Part shown: positions 35,549 to 42,564 of the stretch, piece by piece
How the letters are laid out: each line of letters starts with the position of its first letter
How positions within the stretch are numbered: the stretch's first letter is position 1
Assembly: GCA_963788655.1 (NCBI GenBank)
Contig: CAWBHS010000064.1
Coordinates: forward strand, 8,982-72,981
Direction: 5' to 3'
DNA from: an uncultured Verrucomicrobiae bacterium
GTDB taxonomy: Bacteria > Verrucomicrobiota > Verrucomicrobiia > Limisphaerales > JAFGQR01
DNA length: 64,000 nucleotides
Notes under the pieces: generated by a model
Told to the model about the DNA's origin: nothing
The model's input: only the letters and a program-made list of their open reading frames with translations
Database searches by the model: none
Translations under genes and position numbers: made by a program

Positions 35549-38500
35549 TTAGGGCGGGTTCACTGGGGGCGTCAGAACCTCTTCTTCAAGTTGCCGGAGG
35601 GTGACGGAGTCCGGAAATACCACCGGGGGGTTGGTGGTGCCATCGAAAGCGCCCCAAACGAAACCGCCTAGCGTCGTCGTGCTGCTTTCATCCAGAAAGA
35701 AAGGTGTCTGGTTCTCGTAATAGGGCAATTGATCGGAAAAACGCAGCCGGATGGGGGGGCGAATCACCCCCGGACCAAACTGCGCCGCCTGCCCATTAAT
35801 CGCATCGTTATTCTCCCAATTACCGGTTCCGCTGCGCAGGTTGAGCACCGGCGTCAAGTTATTGACCAGTCCGAGATCCTCAGCCAATAGCAGAATGTCG
35901 GGCTCCCCCACGATCCGCCGGACCACTTGGGAACGTTGCTGGTAGTTGGTAATGACATTTTCCACATACTGGTTCGTAAACGGTAAAAAGAACTGTCCGA
36001 TCAGCGAGTCGTACCGGTAGGTGACGTTCTCGAAATAGAGTTTGTCCACCCCCGGCCGGATATTGACGCTGTTAGTGGTGGTCTGGAACTCGACCGGATA
36101 CGCCGACGAATAAACGTTGGTCACAGAGGTGACGACAATCGGATTGGTGGTGCCGTAAATATTGGTGCCGCCGGCGTTCGTGCTGACCCCATAATACCGC
36201 TGCACCGGGTACGCGGCGAAGACATATCCCGTACCGTAAGTGACGAGTTGTTCGTTGGTGTAGCTGACCAGGTTGGTGGAGGTCACGTTGGTGCCGGTTA
36301 CATTGGTGCCGACAACGTTCGTCCCCAGGAATGCGGGTTGCAGAATGTTGGTGAACTCGAGGTAATTCGTCAGGAGGGTGGAAATCAATTGGTAGCCCAC
36401 CAGGTTGGTGGGAATGATGTAAATGCTCCCGTTGACGAAATTGCTTTGATACGCCTGGTTGACCACACTGGTTTGCACAGTACCTGGGGCACCAAAAGCA
36501 GGCGGATAGACTTTGATCAACTGATGGTTGACCGGGCTGCTGGTGAAGAACGTGTTGGTGATGACATTCCCGTAGGTGTGATAGTAGTTGGTCACTAATA
36601 TGTTAGTGACCACCGGCACCGAAGCCATGATCAGGGTACCCGCCGGCGCATAGGGCGGGTTGGTCAGGTAGGTCAAATAATTGGTGAACGCCTCGGTTGA
36701 CAGCGTGTAGTAGCTCGAGTTGATGATCAGGTCCGGGTAAATGGTCTGCATTGCCGCCGGGGAATTGGTTTTCGAAATCGCATTGAACTCGGCCAGGTTG
36801 GTCGTGAACACCGGCACTGGCGAATTGGTATCGACAAAATAACCCAGGTCGATGGTGGCCAAATTGGTGACCGGGACCACGTTGGTCAACAGATCCTCGA
36901 TGAACTCGTAGCCATAGAGGGCGGGGGGCACAATATAGACGTTGCCATAGCCCTGGCCGACCGCGGCAAAGACCTCGGCATCGGGGGCGCCCAGCAGGTT
37001 GGGCACGGTGGGGTCCAGGCCGCCGTCAGGATTGAGCCGGGCAAAATTTGTGCGGCCATTTCCGACGCCGTTGGTGACCGCGAACACCCCGCCAACCAGT
37101 AATGCTCCATCCCAGTTCAAACCGATCGTGTTGACATGCGCCGTAGCCGACGCCTGGAAATTGGTGGCGCGAAAACCGGGATCCAAACTGCCGTCGTGAT
37201 TCAAGCGGGCCAGCAGGGAGCGCTGGGTGCCGTTGACGTTGCCAAAACTGCCGCCAATAACGATTTGTCCCTGCTTATTGGTGATCACGGCATTGACCGC
37301 CGCGCTGACAAAGGCGGTAAAATTGGTGTCCACGCTGCCGTCCCCATTCAACCGCGCAAGGTGGCTTCGTGACAGCCCGTTAACGTCGGTGAAATCACCA
37401 CCGATCAGCACTTGGCCCGTTTCTTGAAGCGCCATGGATTTGACGGTTGCGTTGGCCGCCGCGACGAAATTCGGGTCGAGCGTCCCATCCGCATTCAACC
37501 GCGCGAGGTTGGTGCGCGCCCCGTTGTTAACCGTGGTAAAAGCGCCGCCGATCAGCACCTGTCCGTCTCCTTGCACGGCCACCGTATGGACCGCTCCGTT
37601 CGCCGAGGTCACAAAATCGGTATCCACACTGCCATCAGCATTCAGGCGGGCGATGCCAGCTCGCGGCAGACCATTGACAGTAGCAAACTCTCCTCCTGTC
37701 AGCAGCTTGCCATCGGCTTGCACCGCAATCGCCGAAACCGGTTGATCCACCAGCGGCAAAAAGAGCACGTCCACACTGCCGTCCAAATTGAGCCGCGCCA
37801 GATGAGGCCGGTCCATGCCATTGACCTGCGTAAAGTCGCCGCCGACCAGCACCTTGCCATCCGGTTGCACCGCGAGGGCGTGGACGGGGCCGTTGACATT
37901 GGGAGTGAAGTTGGTGTCGAAGGTTCCGTTGCCATTGAGCCGGAGCAGATTCGCCAACGGATCCGTGAAGGACCCCCCCACCAGCAACTTCACCCCGGAT
38001 AAGTTGGTCAGCAGGTTGTCGAAGGTGTAATCGTAATAGGCCAGGATGTTGGTCGTGAGGTTGGTGGAGACGAATTGCGACGCCGAAACAGGCTGCGCCG
38101 GAGCGTTCGAGAAGTAATACAGCACGTTGGTCACCACCTGCCGTTCCAAGATGGTTGAATTGGTTCCCGCGATGACCAGGTTCGTGTAGAGCGATAACAG
38201 CTCGGTGGAAGTATTGGTTGTGTGGTGGGTGTTGAAGATGAACTGCTCGAGGTCAATGTTCGTCAGCAACAGCGGAACGTCAGCCCGGTTCGTGATCGCC
38301 ACCAAGCTGCCGGGCAGGATGCGTTCGGCGGCCTGGTTACCCGGCCGGTACAGGAATCGCAAGCCGCCCACGTCATCGCGCGTTAACCCAATCCAGAATT
38401 GGCCCGTGCCGGAGGCAAAACTGGAAACCGGCGCCGGATTGCCGTTGGCCAAGGAAATGGTGTCGAGGCTCCGTTCAATGGCATCGGCGTAATTCTGCGG

Positions 38501-39094
38501 CGCAATGGGCTCCCTGATGTCGTAGCCGTACAGTGAGCCATTGACGTAGCTCGAAGGGGCCCAAGTCACCGGATCGTAGTTCAGTTTGATGACCGTGTAG
38601 TTGGTGTAAGTGACGCCGCCGATGGTTTCCGTGTTCCGCCCGCGCAGAGCCCAGGTCCAGCGAACCGCATCCGCCAAGCCCATCTGTTCGGTCATCATCT
38701 CCAAGATTTGCGATTTGAGATCCAGGATGCCCAGCGCGGAGGCCCGGTAATTCTGGCGCAGCGCGTCGGTCTGGGGGAATTCGGTCAGGTTGGCGCTCAT
38801 TTGCGATGCCGGGGGCAGCGCGTTCAGAATGGCAAAAGCTTTGTCCGCCTCATCCATGCCTCGCGTCCCAAAATACTTCAGGAACGAGGCATCCACAGCA
38901 TAGTAAATATTGGTGACGTTCCAACGGTACCCTTCGGTGAAAGTCATCGGGCCGCCGATATCGCCGGGCAGGTCGTAACCCAGCGCGGTCACCTGCCATG
39001 TCTTGTTGGTCCCAATCAACGAAAAGGCTTGCGCCCCACCCGCCGTGGCCAACACCAGCGATACCAGCAACAGTTGTTTAATCAATCGCATCAT
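35549..39094 (-). CDS. Secreted protein with N-terminal matrixin/metzincin-like domain lacking HExxH, TN-rich stalk and delta-60 propeller
   Basis: 1181-aa ORF; signal peptide ending GGAQA. YRWNVTNIYY, EMMTEQMGL and GLTRDDVGGLRFLY resemble matrixin landmarks. Seven or so delta-60-type repeats. C-terminal GFVWGAFDGTTNPPVVFP. Confidence 0.75.
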   Translation of the reverse strand: MMRLIKQLLLVSLVLATAGGAQAFSLIGTNKTWQVTALGYDLPGDIGGPMTFTEGYRWNVTNIYYAVDASFLKYFGTRGMDEADKAFAILNALPPASQMSANLTEFPQTDALRQNYRASALGILDLKSQILEMMTEQMGLADAVRWTWALRGRNTETIGGVTYTNYTVIKLNYDPVTWAPSSYVNGSLYGYDIREPIAPQNYADAIERSLDTISLANGNPAPVSSFASGTGQFWIGLTRDDVGGLRFLYRPGNQAAERILPGSLVAITNRADVPLLLTNIDLEQFIFNTHHTTNTSTELLSLYTNLVIAGTNSTILERQVVTNVLYYFSNAPAQPVSASQFVSTNLTTNILAYYDYTFDNLLTNLSGVKLLVGGSFTDPLANLLRLNGNGTFDTNFTPNVNGPVHALAVQPDGKVLVGGDFTQVNGMDRPHLARLNLDGSVDVLFLPLVDQPVSAIAVQADGKLLTGGEFATVNGLPRAGIARLNADGSVDTDFVTSANGAVHTVAVQGDGQVLIGGAFTTVNNGARTNLARLNADGTLDPNFVAAANATVKSMALQETGQVLIGGDFTDVNGLSRSHLARLNGDGSVDTNFTAFVSAAVNAVITNKQGQIVIGGSFGNVNGTQRSLLARLNHDGSLDPGFRATNFQASATAHVNTIGLNWDGALLVGGVFAVTNGVGNGRTNFARLNPDGGLDPTVPNLLGAPDAEVFAAVGQGYGNVYIVPPALYGYEFIEDLLTNVVPVTNLATIDLGYFVDTNSPVPVFTTNLAEFNAISKTNSPAAMQTIYPDLIINSSYYTLSTEAFTNYLTYLTNPPYAPAGTLIMASVPVVTNILVTNYYHTYGNVITNTFFTSSPVNHQLIKVYPPAFGAPGTVQTSVVNQAYQSNFVNGSIYIIPTNLVGYQLISTLLTNYLEFTNILQPAFLGTNVVGTNVTGTNVTSTNLVSYTNEQLVTYGTGYVFAAYPVQRYYGVSTNAGGTNIYGTTNPIVVTSVTNVYSSAYPVEFQTTTNSVNIRPGVDKLYFENVTYRYDSLIGQFFLPFTNQYVENVITNYQQRSQVVRRIVGEPDILLLAEDLGLVNNLTPVLNLRSGTGNWENNDAINGQAAQFGPGVIRPPIRLRFSDQLPYYENQTPFFLDESSTTTLGGFVWGAFDGTTNPPVVFPDSVTLRQLEEEVLTPPVNPP

Positions 39095-39102
39095 AGGAAT
39101 CC

Positions 39103-41025
39103 TTAGCGCACGCGGATCACTCGGTAGAATTCCGCCTCGTTGAGGCTGCCCACCAGCACCGAGTCGCTCGTATCAGCCGCACGACGCAGCGAGCCGTAAT
39201 TCTCCCAGCCATTAAAGTTCACCGACTTCTGCACCTGATACATGTAACCGGGTTCGCTGTTCCAAGTCAGCCGCCCGCCCTCGGGCGTCAACGTCAAGTG
39301 CGTCTGCAACACGCTCGCGGCATCGACGGGGCTGGTGCCGCTGAGGAACTCCAGCAGGTTGTTCGCTCCGTCATGGTCCGAGTCCACGTTCGGCGAGGGC
39401 CAGTTCTCCGGATTCGGCCCCCAATACATCTGCTGCCAACTGTCCGGCAATCCGTCGAAATTGGCGTCCAAGCCCCAGGTGGTGGCCTTGGCCGCGGCGG
39501 ACAACGGCGAGAGCGTACCGTCCTTGAACCGATACGCCAGGTTGAGGCGATGCGCGGAACCCGGCGGCAAACCCGTCACCACATAGTAATTGTTGGTCAG
39601 GGTAATCGGGGTCGGATTGGTGTCCTTGTCGATGAACAACTCGTAATGCTGGAGGTTGAAGAAGCCGGCCAATTCCGGCCAACTGACCGCCAACTCACTC
39701 GCACTCAGCGCCACCACATAAGGTGCGCTGGGCGGATCGGTGACCACGCCGATGCTCACATACCGTTGGGCGTATAAATCAAAGCTGCTCGACCCACCGA
39801 TAAAACTGGTCCACACCACGAGAAACCGGCCCGAGGGATCGGCCGCCACCGCCGGATGAATCTGTTTGCTCACGGTGTATTCCCGGTTGACCAGAAACTC
39901 CTCGGAGGAGGGCTGTCCGTTGTGCAGGTAGCGCCCGTAAACCCCTTCCTGCGATCCGTCCTGCCCGAGGCTGTTCCACACCACCATTTGGTCGGCGCCA
40001 ATGGCGGCGATCCGCGGCGCAAACTGATCTCCGTAAGTGAAGACGTTGAGCCGCACCGGCAGGCCGTTGGTCAGACCCGTAGCCGAGAACGCTCTTCCGT
40101 AAATGTCCCAGCCGTTGTTGCGATCGAGCGTGTCACGCTGATTCCAAACCACGGTCAAGCCGCCGTCGGACAAACTGGCAATCACCGGATTGGCGCAGAT
40201 GGGAACCTCGTACAAACCGGCGCGGAGGTCATCCGTAACCGGAAGACCCTGCGCGTCAAAAATACGGCAATAGACAATGGCATTGGCCGTCACCGCGTTG
40301 GTGGTATTGAAATCGGTAACCCGCAAATTGCTCACAAATTCGGTGACCCACGCCACGGCAAAATTCCCGTTCGATAGGGCCGTCACCGCCGGGCTTCGTT
40401 GATTCTGCGCGTCGAAGCGGTTGACCTTGAATTCCGGACCCAGTTTCTGGCCCGTGGCCGAAAACCGCTGCGCCCACACGTCCAACATGGTGGGGCCGTT
40501 GCCGTAGCTCGTCCACGCCACCACCACGCTGCCATTGGCGAGCACCGCCACTGCCGGTCCGATTTGATTCTCGCCGTTGGCGGAGTCCACTTGCACGTCG
40601 CCGGTCACGAACGTCCCATCCGCGGCGAGGAACCGCGCATAAATGTGTTGAAAGCCGGGACGCCCGCCCTGCCACACAAACACCGCGCCGCCATCGGGGA
40701 ACAACGCGAGCCGCGGATGTTCCTGATCGAGATCTCCTTGTTCATTGACTTGAAAGCTGGCGAGCTGGCCGGAAAAGGAATTGTTCAACCACCGCGCGCT
40801 GAGGCCCAAACCACTGCCGTCCGTCAGGTTGTCTTCCCACACAACATAACCACCGGAGGCCGCCACCTGGATATCGGGAAAGACCTGATCGCCGAGGAGG
40901 TTGCCGGCAATGGCATACTGTTGGGCCTGGGGGGCATAGGCGTTCTGGGCCCGTCCCCCGAACGGGAAGGCCAAAGCAAAACTCAGCAGTACCAGCTGCG
41001 AAACAAGCCGTATCGGTGATGGCAT
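39103..41025 (-). CDS. Secreted repeat protein (EF.VN...Q..P.VA...G.F.V.W repeats), FN3-like domain, DGLPD.W/DxDxDG Ca-binding motif and C-terminal module
   Basis: 640-aa ORF; signal peptide ending FGGRA; ~7 repeats; DANFDGLPDSWQQMYWG...DSDHDGANNLLEFLSGTSP; ends YQVQKSVNFNGW...EFYRVIRVR. Confidence 0.8.
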   Translation of the reverse strand: MPSPIRLVSQLVLLSFALAFPFGGRAQNAYAPQAQQYAIAGNLLGDQVFPDIQVAASGGYVVWEDNLTDGSGLGLSARWLNNSFSGQLASFQVNEQGDLDQEHPRLALFPDGGAVFVWQGGRPGFQHIYARFLAADGTFVTGDVQVDSANGENQIGPAVAVLANGSVVVAWTSYGNGPTMLDVWAQRFSATGQKLGPEFKVNRFDAQNQRSPAVTALSNGNFAVAWVTEFVSNLRVTDFNTTNAVTANAIVYCRIFDAQGLPVTDDLRAGLYEVPICANPVIASLSDGGLTVVWNQRDTLDRNNGWDIYGRAFSATGLTNGLPVRLNVFTYGDQFAPRIAAIGADQMVVWNSLGQDGSQEGVYGRYLHNGQPSSEEFLVNREYTVSKQIHPAVAADPSGRFLVVWTSFIGGSSSFDLYAQRYVSIGVVTDPPSAPYVVALSASELAVSWPELAGFFNLQHYELFIDKDTNPTPITLTNNYYVVTGLPPGSAHRLNLAYRFKDGTLSPLSAAAKATTWGLDANFDGLPDSWQQMYWGPNPENWPSPNVDSDHDGANNLLEFLSGTSPVDAASVLQTHLTLTPEGGRLTWNSEPGYMYQVQKSVNFNGWENYGSLRRAADTSDSVLVGSLNEAEFYRVIRVR

Positions 41026-41562
41026 AAGAGGTACTTTTGTTGTACCAGTGAACCCTATCGTTGTCCACGACTTCTTGGTAAAAATTCAGTTGGCACCGGG
41101 GCGATAAGGCCGTGCCTGACAACGCCGAAGACGCGCTGGATTCGAGATTGTTGTGAATGAAGTTAAGCAAGCGCATCACGAAATTCCCGCGTTATTCTGA
41201 GTCAAGAAATTTTACGATTAGAGCAACCACAATGCCATTAAGTAATTTGAGAATATCCCCAGCGAAACGGGCACCCGCCGCGTGGGAATCACGCAAGGAT
41301 GCGCGAGCCTCACGCATAAAGCGGCAACCTCGCGCGCTTGAAACCGGGGCCGGTGCTTCACGGTCCGGTACCCTGTTAGGGATTGAGGAGAAAACGCGTT
41401 GAGGTCGTTCGCGCTTGGCCGCGTGGGCCAGCTCGATCGCTCGGTCACGGCCACAACTCCGTTCCGGTCTGGGCAAGGCCACGCCGAATCCAGTCCCGCC
41501 GTTAAGCGAGCGGCTCCGATTCAGTTGGTCAGGCACATTGGCGCCGGTAGTCATCATCGCAC

Positions 41563-42447
41563 TTAGAGCAGCAAGGGAGTTTCGTCGAGTTGCGCCAGAA
41601 GAGTTTTAAAGCCCCATTGCGCATAGAGCGGCCGGAGTTGCTGGACATCCGAGTTCCGCACCGCCAATTCATCAAAAGTGCAAGGCCGGCCGACGCGGTC
41701 ATCGAGGCGAATCAACTCCTGGTTCCGCTTTACCACGTCCACCGCTGCTTGGAGGTTGTGCCGCAATTTTTCGCCGCGAACTTCCGGGCCGCGCGCCAAC
41801 AAGGCCTCAAGCGAGCCAAATTGATTCAATAATTCCGCGGCGGTCTTTGGGCCCACGCCCGGCACGCCGGGAATGTTGTCCACGCTGTCACCCACCAGGC
41901 TGAGCCAATCAACCACTTGCTCCGGCAGCACTCCCGTGCGCGCGCGCACTTCGGCCGCGGTCCAAATCCGTTCCTCCTTGTCGTTCGGGTTGAGCAGCCC
42001 GATGCGCGGTCCTACGAGTTGCATGAAATCTTTGTCCGCGCTGGCAATCACCACCTCGAAGCCGTCGGCCGCGGCGCGCCGGGCGAGGGCGGCTATCCAG
42101 TCATCCGCCTCGACTCCTTCCTCCATCAGCGAAGCAATGCGAGCCGCGCGCAAGTAGTCCTGAATACCGTCAAGTTGTGCCTCCAGCGACGGTGGCATGG
42201 GCGGACGCTGGCTTTTGTATTCGGGCAGCGCGGCCAACCGCTCTGCCGCCAAACCCCCGTCCCAGATCACGGCTTGATGGGTGGGCGACAACCGGGCCTG
42301 CATTTTGCCCAGCATTTTGAGGAAGCCGTAAATGGCATTGGTGGGTTCCCCGGTTGGAGCGCTCAATTGCCGGATGGCATAGAACGCGCGATAGGCATAA
42401 GCGTGCCCGTCAACGATCAACAACTTCCTTTGTGAGTTGGTGGGCAT
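41563..42447 (-). CDS. Standalone 5'-3' exonuclease / flap endonuclease (DNA Pol I N-terminal domain homolog)
   Basis: LLIVDGHAYAYRAFYA, EPTNAIYGF, YKSQR, GVEADDWIA, IASADKDFMQLV, LVGDSVDNIPGVPGVGPKTA (H3TH); no polymerase domain follows. Confidence 0.92.
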   Translation of the reverse strand: MPTNSQRKLLIVDGHAYAYRAFYAIRQLSAPTGEPTNAIYGFLKMLGKMQARLSPTHQAVIWDGGLAAERLAALPEYKSQRPPMPPSLEAQLDGIQDYLRAARIASLMEEGVEADDWIAALARRAAADGFEVVIASADKDFMQLVGPRIGLLNPNDKEERIWTAAEVRARTGVLPEQVVDWLSLVGDSVDNIPGVPGVGPKTAAELLNQFGSLEALLARGPEVRGEKLRHNLQAAVDVVKRNQELIRLDDRVGRPCTFDELAVRNSDVQQLRPLYAQWGFKTLLAQLDETPLLL

Positions 42448-42564
42448 AAGGCATCCTGCGCACACGCCGGGCGAGCCTGGCTCGTTCCCGGCTACGCGGC
42501 GGTCAGGGCGGGAACCGGCGCGGGCCGTGAGCCGGGAGGAACCGGTCCGGTGACGGTCCCGGAC

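Noticed and set aside
36..41019. Long plus-strand ORFs (e.g. 28003..31896, 15119..18505, 24238..27177)
   Set aside because: Antisense shadows of GC-rich minus-strand genes; no recognisable motifs.
41192..41557. 121-aa minus-strand ORF or structured RNA in the leader of the giant operon
   Set aside because: No protein motif. Only short hairpins (e.g. GCGCGAG...CTCGCGC) and an AT-rich promoter-like patch; no riboswitch or ncRNA consensus I can support.
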